Shown: positions 25,339 through 37,300 of the stretch, in pieces
Layout of the letters: every line of letters starts with the position of its first letter
Numbering within the stretch: position 1 is the first letter of the stretch
Assembly (NCBI RefSeq): GCF_030144855.1
Contig: NC_082730.1
Location: forward strand, 2,852,001 to 2,916,000
Length of the DNA stretch: 64,000 nt
Source: Hypanus sabinus
Lineage: Eukaryota
Reading direction: 5' to 3'
Position numbers and translations under genes: made by a program
Notes under the pieces: generated by a model
What the model saw: only the letters and a program-made list of their open reading frames with translations
Databases searched by the model: none
Told to the model about the DNA's origin: nothing

Positions 25339-27541
25339 CCATATAACCATATAACAACTACAGCATGGAAACATGTCATCTCGGGTCATCTAGTCCATGC
25401 CGAACACTTACTCTCACCTAGTCCCACTGCCCCGCACTCAGCCCATAATGCTCCATTCTTTTCCTGCCCATATACCTATCCAATTTTACATTAAATGATA
25501 ATACTGAACCTGTCTCTACCACTTCTACTGGAAGCTCGTTCCACACAGATACCACTTTCTGAGTAAAGAAATTCCCCCTCGTGTTACTCTTAAACTTTTG
25601 CTCCTTAACTCTCAACTCATGTCCTCTTGTTTGAATCTCCGCTACTCTCAAGGGAAAAAGCCAATCCACGTCAACTCTATCTATCCCCCTCATAATTTTA
25701 AATACCTCTATCAAGTCCCCCCTCAACCTTCTATACTCCTATACTCAATTCTCTGATTTATAAAGGCCAGCACACCAAAAGCTTTCTTCACCACCCTATC
25801 CACCTGAGATCCCACCTTCAGGAATCTATGCACCATTATTCCTAGACCACTCTGTTCTACTGCATTCCTTAATGCCCTACCATTTACAGTGTATGTCCTA
25901 TTTGGATTAGTCCTACCAAAATGTAGCACCTCACACTTATCAGCATTAAACTCCATCTGCCATCTTTCAGCCCACTCTTCTAACTGGCCTAAATCTCTCT
26001 GCAAGCTTTGAAAACCTACTTCGTTATCCACAACACCACCTACCTTAGTATCATCTGCATACTTACTAATCCAATTTACCACCCCATCATCCAGATCATT
26101 AACGTATATGACAAACAACAGTGGACCCAATACAGATCCCTGAGGCACACCACTAGTCACCGGCCTCCAACCTGACAAACAGTTATCCACCACTACTCTT
26201 TGGCATCTCCCATCCAGCCACTGTTGAATTCATTTTACTACTTCAATATTAATACCTAACGATTGAACCTTCCTAATGAACATTCCATGTGGAACATTGT
26301 GAAATGCCTTACTGAAGTCCATGTAGACACCACCCACTGATTTACCCTCGTCATCCTTCCTCATAACCTCTTCAAAAAATTCAATAAGATTTGTCAAACA
26401 TGACCTTTCATGCATAAATCCATGATGACTGTTCCTAATCAGACCTTGTCTATCCAGATAATTATATATACCATTTCAAAGAATACTGTCCATTAATTTA
26501 CCCACCACTGACATCAAACTGACAGGCCTATAATTGCTAGGTTTACTCTTAGAACCCTTTTTAAACAATGGAACCACATGAGCAATATACCAATCCACTG
26601 GCACCATCCCCGTTTCTAATGACATTTGAAATATTTCTGTCAGAGCCCCTGCTATTTCTACACTAACTTCCCTCAAGGGCTTAGGGATTATCTTGTCAGT
26701 TCCTGTTGATTTATCCACTTTTATAGTCCTTAAGAGCGCCAGTACTTCCTCTTCTTTAAGCGCCATAGTTTCCATAACTTCCCTTATGCTTTCACTTAAC
26801 TTACACAATTCAATATCCTTCTCCTTAGTGAATACTGAGGAAAAGAAGTTGTTCAAAATCTCCCCCTTCTCTTTCGGCTCCACATATAGCTGTCCACTCT
26901 GATTCTCTAAGGGACCAATTTTATCCCTCACTATCCTTTTGCTATTAATGTAACTGTAGAATTTGGATTCTACAGTTTGGAGAAACTGTAGAATTTATTT
27001 TGGATTTGGATTTATTTTCACCTTACTTGCCAAAGCAACCTCATATCTTCTTTTAGCTTTTCTAATTTCATTTTTAAGATTCTTCTTACATTCTTTATGT
27101 TCCTCGAGCACTTCAGTTACTCCATGCAGCCTTTATTTATTGTAGATATCTATCTTTTTTCTAACCAAGTTTCCAACATCCCTTGAAAACCATGGCTCTC
27201 TCAAACTTTTAACCTTTCCTTTCAACCTAACAGGAACATAAAGATTCTGTACCCTCAAAATTTCACCTTTAGATAACCTCCATTTCTCTATTACATCCTT
27301 CCCATAAAACAAATTGTCCCAATCCACTCCTTCTAATTCCTTTCACATCTCCTCAAAGTTAGCCTTTCTCCAATCAAAAATTTCAACCCTGGGTCCAGTC
27401 CTATCCTTCTCCATAATTATATTGAAACAAATGGCATTGTGATCATTGGATCCAAAGTGCTCCCTAACACATACCTCCGTCACCTGACCTATTTCATTCC
27501 CTAACAGAAGATCCAAAACTGCCCCTTCTCTAGTTTTCCAG
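25339..27541 (-). mobile_element. 5'-truncated CR1 LINE, present only in duplication copy A
   Basis: RT motifs ([25 protein letters not shown]), an (AACCATAT)n tail and TTAA on both sides; the empty site is at about 44354-44362. Confidence 0.9.
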
Positions 27542-27767
27542 TTAATTCTTCTCAGTCCCTGTCTTAATCTCAGGGGATGTGCTGGGTGCGTCACCCAGGT
27601 TCACACTGTCTCAGTCCCACTGTAGTGGGACCATGAGCCCAGCACTTGACACTGGCAGTCAGTGGGGTTCAGTAAGCAGGGGAACACACAGGATCCACCC
27701 TCACCCATTAATTAGGGGTGTTTCAGCAACTGAGGAAACCCGAGCCCCTCCGTGGCGTCTCACTCAC

Positions 27768-28088
27768 CGTCCACCTGCAGTCGCATTACTCTCTGAGTCT
27801 GTGCTCCTGAACTTGCTGTAACAGTCAGCTCATAATCACCAGTGTCCTCTCTCTGTAGATCACGGATTTCCAGGCTGAAGGTCCCGGGATGAAGAGTTAT
27901 CCGTTGCTTGTACTCCTCAGAACCGTAATATTCACTGTTCCCGTTTGAATATGTCACTATCTTCTTTCTGGGTGATAACAGACTCCACACAAGCTCAGCA
28001 ATGTTTGGTCCGAATAGGATCCCAGGAGGTAAGGAGACCGAGTCTCCCTGAGCTCTGTACACAGTGGTAGGGGAAGCCCCAGTCCCAG
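27768..28088 (-). CDS. IgV exon (cysteine-free, CD2/SLAM N-terminal type), copy A
   Basis: 321 bp, phase 1-1, ctcttctctcctcag|CTG...G|GTGAGT. Encodes AGTGASPTTVYRAQGDSVSLPP...VWSLL...RITL...SLEIRDLQREDTGDYELTV...LQVD, with V-set W, RxxL and DxGxY but no B/F-strand cysteines. Confidence 0.9.
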
Positions 28089-28189
28089 CTGAGGAGAGAA
28101 GAGCAGACAGTCAGCAGATGAGCTCAGTGACTGGAGGAGGAATCGGACTGGGAGAATCAGAGTTACAAGAGTGGGCGATGGGTCTCATT

Positions 28190-28335
28190 GTTTGAATATG
28201 TCACTATCTTCTTTCTGGGTGACAACAGTCTCCACACAACCTGAGCCACATCCGGTTCGACTGGGATCTCAGGAGGTAAGGAGACCGAGCCTCCCCGAGC
28301 TCCATTCACAGTAGTAGGGGAAGCCCCAGTCCCAG
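28190..28335 (-). pseudogene. Partial (5' half) duplicate of the IgV exon with an intact splice acceptor
   Basis: Part of a 247-bp tandem duplication (27943-28189 / 28190-28436). It reads ...VNGARGGSVSLPPEIPVEPDVAQVVWRLLSPRKKIVTYSN and then runs into intron-derived NETHRPLL*. Confidence 0.85.
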
Positions 28336-29269
28336 CTGAGGAGACAAGAGGAGTCAGTCAGCAGGTGTGCTCAGTGACTGGAGGAGGAATCAGACTGGGA
28401 GAATCAGAGTTACAAGAGTGGGCGATGGGTCTCATTGTTTGGCTCCCGGCCCTGTGAGAGAAGCAGCCCACCATTCCAACAGTACACGGTAAGCTCAAAG
28501 GGGGAACAGAGTGAAGACTCTCTGCACCCGGTCCGGAGGATGGAAGTTGCAGCCTGCAGCCGGATATCAAAGGCAGGTCAGGGGGGCAACGTCATGGAAA
28601 ATGAGACCCAGTCTGGAGAAGGGTTGGGTGGGGTGCTTGGGGAGGTGAACATGTTGAGGGAACATGGGATAAATGGAAGTGTGTGAGTTGAGTGAGGTAT
28701 TAAGGGAGCTCGGAGTGAGGCCTTGTAGGGCACATCCACAGATCCCTGAAGGAGGAGTGAGGGAGACGATGAGGTGGTTTGTTGCTCATGGCCTAGGTTC
28801 TGTGAACAGGTTGGAGGGGGGAGCGGATGATCACAGCAGTCCAGGTAGACAGCAAGTAGGAGGATTCGGCAGTATGATGAAATGGGAGTTGGGGAATAAT
28901 TCCACTGATACAGAAGCAGGAGATGAACTTGCACAACCGCCATTCAATATCACAGCTCATTGACCTGTTGCTAAAGTGGAACTCAGACTGAGCCATTTCT
29001 TGCTACACTTATGAACTGGAAACTAAAGTCAATCTTTGCCTTCCCCACTGTTGTGCTGGAATCCAGGGTCAATCACTGCCGTTCTCACAGCTCTGTTGGA
29101 ATGATGTAAACAAGCTTGAAGGGTTACAGAGAAAATTTCTGGGTCCGGTGGATCTACGTTATCAGGAAATATTGAATAGGTTATGACTGTGTTGCTGAGA
29201 ATGTCGAAGATTTAGAGTAGATTTGATGGAGGTATAATGCTATGCTGGAGGTATTTCATTTTAGCAGTT

Positions 29270-29865
29270 CTGTAAGAGCAGTCTGTTCTGTTTGGGTTTG
29301 AACTAAGATAAAAGGCTTGTTATTCAACTCAGTAATGTGCCGTCAGCCAATCAGGAGAGTGGAATTGGGAAAAGGTTCTGGAGAAGGCTGAGTTGAAAGT
29401 TTTTGTTGGTGGGAGCTGGGAGAAGACAGCGGGAAAAGATGGCTGAGGATACCATCCCTATTGCAGAAGGTGCTTTGTGCAGATGATTGGCTTCAAGAAG
29501 GAAGACCCAGTGCTCCCATGGGAGAGCCGTTTGTTCGAGATGGATTTTGAGGGACGTTGGGAAGGTGGTGTGTGGTTTCATGCAGATGGAAAGCTCAGCG
29601 TGTCAGTGACAGAGGAGTTCAAGATCATCTCCAAATTAAGTGCAAATTTGAATATTTAAGAGTAATGGGCCCTTTTTTCTTTCCTTCATTTAATAACTGT
29701 TTGTTTAAATTAACCTTCCTAAATATACTTATTTTTAATTGTATGCACTGTACGATCTGTTATTTTTTGCGGGGGGCAGTAAATCACACAGCATTCACAC
29801 AAAGCAGGATTTGGCTGGGCGAGACATCCCAAGCTGACGGATTTGACAGGACACAAGTTGTACAC
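29270..29865 (+). repeat. LTR-like interspersed repeat (paralog about 48590-49200)
   Basis: Begins TGT, ends ACA, contains a CCAAT box and has no coding motifs; no TSD was found. Confidence 0.3.
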
Positions 29866-30628
29866 ACCCTAGATGTATGAAGCCGGAGAAAGGTGGGTTT
29901 ATCGTGATCCATTGGCTGTTGGTGAGGGGCTAACAAGACAGATTTCCAGAGACACCCAGTATAAGGGGGTTTTAGAGGATTACAAAATTATAAGGGGTAG
30001 AGACAGAGTAAATACAAGCAGGCTTTTTCCACTGAGGTTGTGTGGGACTAAAACTGGAGGTCATGAGTTAAGGGTGAAAGACGAAAAGTTTAAGGGCAAC
30101 ATGAGTGGAAAGTCCTTCACTCAGAGGATGGTGAGAGTGTGGAATGAGCTGCCAGCACAGGTGGTTCATGCAAGCTCGATTTCAATGTTTAAGAAAAGTT
30201 TGGATCAGTACATGGATGGTAGGGGAATGGAGTGGTTTGGTCCCAGGGCAGGTCGATGGGAATAGGCAGTTGAAATGGTTTCAGCATGGCCTGGGGCCTG
30301 TTTCTGTGCTCTATGACCCTATTTGCCTCCATCTGGCCCATACCCTTTTGAACATCCCCTATCAAGCAGACAGAAGAGAGTGCAGATTCTGGACTCCAGA
30401 GCAACACAAAATGCTGGAGGAACTCTGAATGTCACACAGCGTCTGTGGGGAGAAATGGACAGATGATGTCTCCTCTCTCCCGGTGAAATGGAGACACATC
30501 TTTTTCCCTTATTATGGAGAGAGAGAGCCTGTGGAATGTCGAATACCAGGTGAATGATTATTCTTTGGGGTACGGCAAGTCTGTGTCTTTGTTGATGCTT
30601 GAGAGCTCCGTGGAGGAAACTGATGCAT

Positions 30629-30920
30629 TGTTTTTGCTAGTGGGGGAGGGAGGGGTTGTTTTTGCTAGTGGGGGGAGGGGTTGTTTTTGCAAGTGAGGGA
30701 GAGAGGGATTGTTTTTGCTAGAGGGGAGGGAGGGGGTGTTTTTGCTAGTGGGGGGAGGGGTTGTTTTTGCAAGTGAGGGAGAGAGGGATTGTTTTTGCTA
30801 GAGGGGAGGGAGGGGGTGTTTTTGCTAGTGAGGGAGGGTGGGGTTGTTTTTTGCTAATGGGGAGAGAGGGGTTGCTTTTGCTAGTGAGGAAGGGAGGAGT
30901 TGTTTTTGCTAGTGGGGGAG
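30629..30920 (+). repeat. G/T-rich minisatellite (about 24-27 bp monomer, 80-bp higher-order unit)
   Basis: Monomer gttgtttttgctagtggggg(a)ggga; the 80-bp unit repeats at 30689 and 30769. Only 3-4 monomers remain in the paralog at 49969-50060. Confidence 0.85.
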
Positions 30921-31039
30921 TGGTTGTTGCTCTGCTGTTGCTTGTGTGTGTGAGGGGGATATGGGGGGATTTGGGGTACTAATGTTTAACTGGCATCCAT
31001 TCTTTGGGGACTCTGTTTTCGTAGATGGCTGTGATGTAT

Positions 31040-31500
31040 ATTATATACGTTTCTCTGAAATGAAATGTACCTGTTGATGTTTCAGGTTGAGATTCTTCAT
31101 CTGGATTGAAGGGAAGTGAAAGTGGCCGGTGTAGAGAGATGTGGCAGAGTTGGGGGTGAAGGGAGTGACACGAATGGGCAGGTGATGGGCAGATCCAGGT
31201 GTTGGTGGGATGTGGGGGAGATGATAGGCAGATGGGGAATGGAGTAACACCAGAATCTGGCAGGGGATTGGTGGAAGTGACAAAGGGCTGAAGATGATGG
31301 AATCTGACTGGAAAGGAAGTAGCACACGGATTAAAGAGAGGGAGGTGTGGAGGGCAGCGGGGGCATTGGGGGGAAGGGTAAAGTGCAGGTGATAGGCAGA
31401 TGGTGAAGTTAGAGGAGGGGAAAAAGATAAAGCGATGGGATCAAGATAGATCAGGATGTGAAGACAGTGGACAAAGGAGGAGCACCTTGCCTGAAACTGA
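31040..31500 (-). mobile_element. Penelope-like element 3'/terminal-repeat relic (copy A only)
   Basis: Antisense similarity to 47850-48200, including a degenerate hammerhead-like motif near 31080-31112. Confidence 0.5.
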
Positions 31501-31699
31501 AGAATTCACTGTTAATGCTGACAGTCTGTGATCTACACAGACATAATATTAGCTGCTGTTTCTCTTGTCTGCCTTCTTATCAAGTACCTTTCACATTTTC
31601 CCTCCACCAATCATGATTTTATAAAAGTCTACAAGGCCACCTTCAGCTTCCCAAGCCCCAGAAGAAAATTGTCAAGTCTATCCAGTCCTTCCTTATAAC

Positions 31700-33665
31700 T
31701 CAAGAGCCAGAGCCAGAGGGGGCCATGAGAAGGCTTTGGCAGACAAGATGAAGGAAAACCCTAAGGCATTCTACAAGTTTGTGAAGAGCAAGAGGATGAG
31801 ATGTGAGAGAATAGGACAAAACAAGTGTGACAGTGGAAAAGCTGTGAATGGAACCAGAGGAGACAGCAGAGGTACTTAATGAGTACTTTGCTTCAGTATT
31901 CACTATGGAAGAGGATCTTGGTGATTGTAGGGTTGACTTGCAGCGGACTGAAAAGCTTGAACATGTAGATATTCAGGAAGAGGATGTACCGGAGCTTTGG
32001 GAAAGCATCAGGTTGGCAAAGTCACCGGGACCGAGCGAGATGTACCCCAAGTTACAGTGGGAGGTGAGGGAGGAGATTGTTGAGCCTCTGGTGATAAACT
32101 TTGGATCATCAATGAGGACGGGAGAGGTTCAGGAGGATTGAAGGGTTGCGGATGTTGTTCCATTATTCAAGAAAGGGAGTAGAGATAGTCCTGGAAATTA
32201 TAGACCAGTGAGTCGTACCTCAGTGGTTGGTAAGTTGATGGAGAAGATCCTGAGAGGCAGGATTTATGAACATTTGGAGAGGCATAATATGATTTGCAAT
32301 AGTCAGCATGGCTTTGTCAAAGGCAGATCTTGGCTTATGAGCCTGATTGAATTTTTTGAGGATGTGACTAAACACACTGATGAAGGTAGAGCAGTAGACG
32401 TAGCGTATATGGATTTCAGCAAGGCATTTGATAAAGTACCCCATGCAAGGCTTATTGAGAAAGTAAGGAGGCATGGGATCCAAGGGGATATTGCTTTGTG
32501 GATCCAGAACTGGCTTGCCCACAAAAGGCAATGTGTGCTTGTAGATGGGTCATATTCTGCATTGGGGTTGGTGACCAGTGGAGTGCATCAGGGATCTGTT
32601 CTGGGGTCCTGACTCTTAGTGATTTTTATAAATGACCTGGATGAGGAAGGTATATAAAATTATGATGGGTATAGACAGAGTGAATGCAAGCAGGCTTTTT
32701 CCAATGAGGCTAGGGGAAAAAAAGAGGACATGGGTTAAGGGTGAAGGGGGAAAAGTTTAAAGGGAACATGGGGGGGGGGGGCTTCTTCACACAGAGAGTG
32801 GTGGGAGTGTGGAATGAGCTGCCAGATGGAGTGGTAGATGTGGGCTCACTTTTAACATTGAAGAAAAAGTTGGACAGGTACATGGATAAGAGGTGTATGG
32901 ATGGATATGGTCCAGGTGCAGGTCAGTGAGACTAGGCAGAAAAATGGTTCAGCACAGCCAAGAAAGGCCAAAAGGCCTGATTCTGTGCTGTAATGTTCTA
33001 TGGTTCTGTGGGAGGGATGTGTTAGTAAATCTGCTGATGACACAAAGGTTGGAGGTGTTGTGGATAGTGTGGAGAGCTGTCAGAGGTACAGCGGGACATT
33101 GATAGGATGCAAAACTCTGCTGAGAAGTGGCAGATGGAGTTCAACCAAGGTAAGTGTGAGGTGGTTCATTTTGGTAGGTCAAATACGATGGCAGAATATA
33201 GTATTATTGGTAAGACTTTTGGCAGTGTGGAGGATCAGCCGGATCTTGGGGTCCGAGTCCATAGGACACTCAAAGCTGCTGCGTAGGTTGACTCAGTGGT
33301 TAAGAAGGCATACAGTGCATTGGCCTTTATCAATTGTGGTGTTGAATTTCAGAGCTGAGAGGTAATGTTGCAACTATATAGGAACCTGGTCAGACCCCAC
33401 TTGGAATACTGTGCTCAGTTCTGGTCACATCACTACAAGAAGGAAACTATAGGAACGGTGCAGAGGAGATTTACAAGGATGTTGCCTGGACTGGGGGGCA
33501 TGCCTTAGAAGAAAAGGTTTGAGTGAACTCGTCTTTTTCTCCTTGGAGCAAAGGAGGATGAGAGGTGACCTGATAGAGGTGTACTAGATGATGAGAGGCA
33601 TTAACCATCTGGATAGTCATAGGCTCTTTCCCAGGGCTGAAATGGCTAACACGAGAGGGCATATT
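31700..33665 (+). mobile_element. CR1 LINE RT region with a nested CR1 3' fragment (32650-33010)
   Basis: ORFs contain YMDFSKAFDKVPH and GVHQGSVLG, followed by KSADDTKVGG. Confidence 0.85.
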
Positions 33666-33666
33666 T

Positions 33667-34475
33667 GTAACCATATAACCATATAACAAGTACAGCATGG
33701 AAACAGATTATTTCGGCCCTTCTAGTCCGTGCTGAACGCTTACTCTCACCTAGGCCCACCTACCTTCACTCAGCCCATAACCCTCCATTCCTTTCCTGTC
33801 CATATACCTATCCAATTTTTTTTGAAATGACAAAATCGAACCTGCCTCTACCACTTCTACTGGAAGCTCATTCCACACAGCTACTATTCTCTGAGTAAAG
33901 AAGCTCCTCCTTGTGTTACCTCTAAACTTTTGCTCCTTATCTCTCAACTCATGCCCTCTTGTTTGATTCTCCCCTACTCTCAATGGAAAAAGCCTGTCCA
34001 CGTCAACTCTATCTATCCCCCTGATAATTTTAAATACCTCTATCAAGTCCCCCCTCAACCTTCTACGCTCCAAAGAATAAAGACCTAACTTGTTCAACCT
34101 TTCTCTGGAACTTAGGTGCTGAAAACCAGGTAACATTCTAGTAAATCTCCTCTGTACTCTCCCTAATTTGTTGACATCGTTCCTATAATTCGGTGACCAG
34201 AACTGTACATAATACTCCAAATTTGGCCTCACCAAAGCCTTGTACAATTTTAACATTACATCCCAACTCCTATACTCAGTGCTCTGATTTATAAAGGCCA
34301 GCATACCAAAAGCTTTCTCCACCACCCTATCCACATGAGATTCCACCTTCAGGGAACTATGCACCATTATTCCTAGATCACTCTGTTCTACTGCATTCCT
34401 CAATGCCCTACCATTTACCATGTATGTCCTATTTTGATTATTCCTACCAAAATGTAGCAACACACTCTTATCAGC
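33667..34475 (-). mobile_element. CR1 3' fragment, same subfamily as 5381-8385
   Basis: 237-aa ORF at 33750-34463 and an (AACCATAT)n tail. Confidence 0.9.
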
Positions 34476-35904
34476 ATTTTAAGGTGCTTGAAAGTAGGTA
34501 CAGAGGAGATGTCAAGGGTAAATTTTTTACGTAGAGAATGGTGAGCGCGTGGAATGGGCTGCTGGCGATGGTGGAAGAGACGGATACGATAGGGTCTTTT
34601 AAGAGACTCCTGGATAGGTAGATGGAGCTTCAAAAAATAGAGGATTATGAGTAACCCTAAGGTAAGGACATGTTTGGCACAGCTTTGTGGGCTAAAGGGC
34701 TTATGTTGTGCTGTAGGTTTTCTATGTTTCTATGTCTATGTAAATGTGTGATTTTGAATCCAATCGGGAAATGTTGGATTAGAGTGTAGAATTGAAACAT
34801 TCTTGTGGTTTAACTTAATCGCATTCTTGCTTGTATTTATAGATGATCACATGTATCCATAAAATAGTTCTGTGAATTTTCCAGTAAATATGGCACAGTT
34901 GCTTCATACATATTGGATTTCAGTAGCAGTCGTTATGCTACATATCTCTTGCTATTTTGTAGGTTAACCGTTATGAATTGTTAAACTCTAGTCTGAGTAT
35001 AAGCCACAACAACTTTTTTTGATTGTTTTTTTCTTTATTCTTTTAATTATTATTTTGCTCTTGTAGCCCTTAACAAATTGATTGTAACCAATGTTTTAAT
35101 GCTTTATTTTTGATTTCCAAAGAACCTTTGGAGTGCAGATGAATCATGATCCAACAATAGGGTGACCTGGAGCTCATCTTTCAGTGTGCAAGGTACTCAT
35201 GTAAGAGTCTGATAACTCTTGTAATAAACACACACAAAATGCTGGAGGAACTCCCTGCTGATTTCCTCCAGTATTTTGTGTAGATCCTGCCTGGCCTGCT
35301 GAGTTCTTCTAACATTTTCTGTGTGTTCCTTGAATTTCCAGCATCGGCACTCTTGTAATAGCCGTCTTTGAGCCTGGTTGGATATGTCTGACATGTCTGC
35401 TGTCATATGGGAGAGGGGAATCACAAACTCAGCGATTCCGGAACAGCTTCTTCCCTTCTGCCATCCATTTCCTAAATGGAGGTTGAACCTTTGGACACTA
35501 CATCACTTTCTTTAACAAGTATTTCTGTTCTTGCACTTCTTAAAATTCTATTCAATATAAATATACAGTAATTGATTTACTTGCTTATTTATTATTATTA
35601 TTTGTATTTTATTTTATATTTTATCTCTGCTAGATTATGTATTACATTGAACTGCCACTGTTCAGTTAACAAATTTCACATCACATGCCGGTGATAATAA
35701 ACCTGATTTTGCAAAGAGAGAATATCCAGTGTCACGGTGTGTACTGAACCCAGATACAAATGTACAACAAAATCCCTTTTGTGCTCTAGGATTTTCTATG
35801 TATCTATGTTTCAAACCCTTCAGTCCTAATAACACCTCCATAAATGCATTCTGCACCTTTTCCAATTTAATGACATCTTTCCCTATACCTCGGTGATCAG
35901 GACG

Positions 35905-37300
35905 ACATACCATAAGTCCACAAGACCATAGATATAGGAGCAGCATTAGGCTATTTGGCCCTTTGAGTCTGCTTCGCCATTTCATCATGGTTAATTGTTT
36001 TCCCTTTGCCCCAATCTCCTGCTATCTCCCTGTATCGTTTCATGCCCTGGCTAATCAAGATTTTATCAACCTCCACTTTTAATTTACACAATGACTTGGC
36101 CTCCACAGCTACCTGTGGCAATTAAATTCCACAAATTCACCACTCTCTGGCTGCTGAAACTGCTCATCATCTTCGTTCTAAATGGATGTCCGTCAATTGT
36201 CAGGCTGTATGCTCTGGTCTTAGACTCCCTCACAATAAGAAACATCCTCTCCGCATCCATGTTATCAAGGCCTTTCAACATTAGATAGTTGCAATGAGTT
36301 CCCCTTCGTTCTTCGGAACTCCAGTGAGTACAGGCCCTGAGCCATCACATGCTCCTCAGATGAAAAACCTTTCAATTCAGAAATCATTTTTGTGAGTCTT
36401 CTTTAAACCTTCTCCAACATTCACGCGTGCTTTCTCAGGAAAGGAGCCCAAAACTGCACACAGTACTCCATGGGAGGCCTCACCAGTGCTTTATAAAGCC
36501 TTAACAAAACCTAGCTGGTTCGCATCTACATCAGTTTTAACATGATATCCCAACTCGTGCACTCAGTGATCCAACTGATGAAGGCAGGTGTGCCAAATGC
36601 TTTCTTCATTATCCTGTACTGCTGCCACTTTCAAGAAGCTCTATCTTTGTACCCCTCGCTCTCTCTGTTCTACAGCACTGTCCAAGGCTTGCCTTTTGCT
36701 GTATATATTATGGTCTGGTTTAACTTCCCAAACTACGACACTTTGCACTTATCTGAATACACAAAGTAGACAGAGCACCAAGCAAAATGGTGTCATAACA
36801 ACAGCCTATCCCTCAATGCCATCAAAACAAAAGAGTTGTTCATTGATTTCAGGATGAAGCAGTGTACGTACAGCATCAATAATGTAGAGGTTGTGAAGTT
36901 TGAGCCCTTCAAGTTCCTAGGAGTGAACATCAACATCCTGTCCTGTTCTAACCATGTGGACGTAATGGACAGGAAAGCTCACCAACTCCTCTACTTCCAT
37001 AAGAGACTAAAAATCTTCTGGCATTTTCCCCTCTCTGAGTTTTATTAATGAACTAAAGGAAGTATCTTATCTGGATGTATTAATGCTTGGTATGAAAACT
37101 TCTCTGTTTATGACTGAAAGAAACTGCAGATAACTGTAGACATGTCTCAGTTTATGATGGAAACCACACTCCCCTCCATAAACTCTGTTTACATTTCTTG
37201 CTGCCTCCGTAAAGCTGCCAACTCACCTCAGACATTCTCTCTTCACCACAACCCCCCGCTCAAAATCAGGCAGATAATAAAAGCCCAAAAAAGCATGTCA
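35905..37300. mobile_element. CR1 3' relic (minus strand) followed by an L2/Rex-type relic (plus strand); paralog about 52540-53960
   Basis: LKGLDNMDAERMF motif antisense; KTKELFIDFRMK and AKKAHQLLYF motifs sense. Confidence 0.65.
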
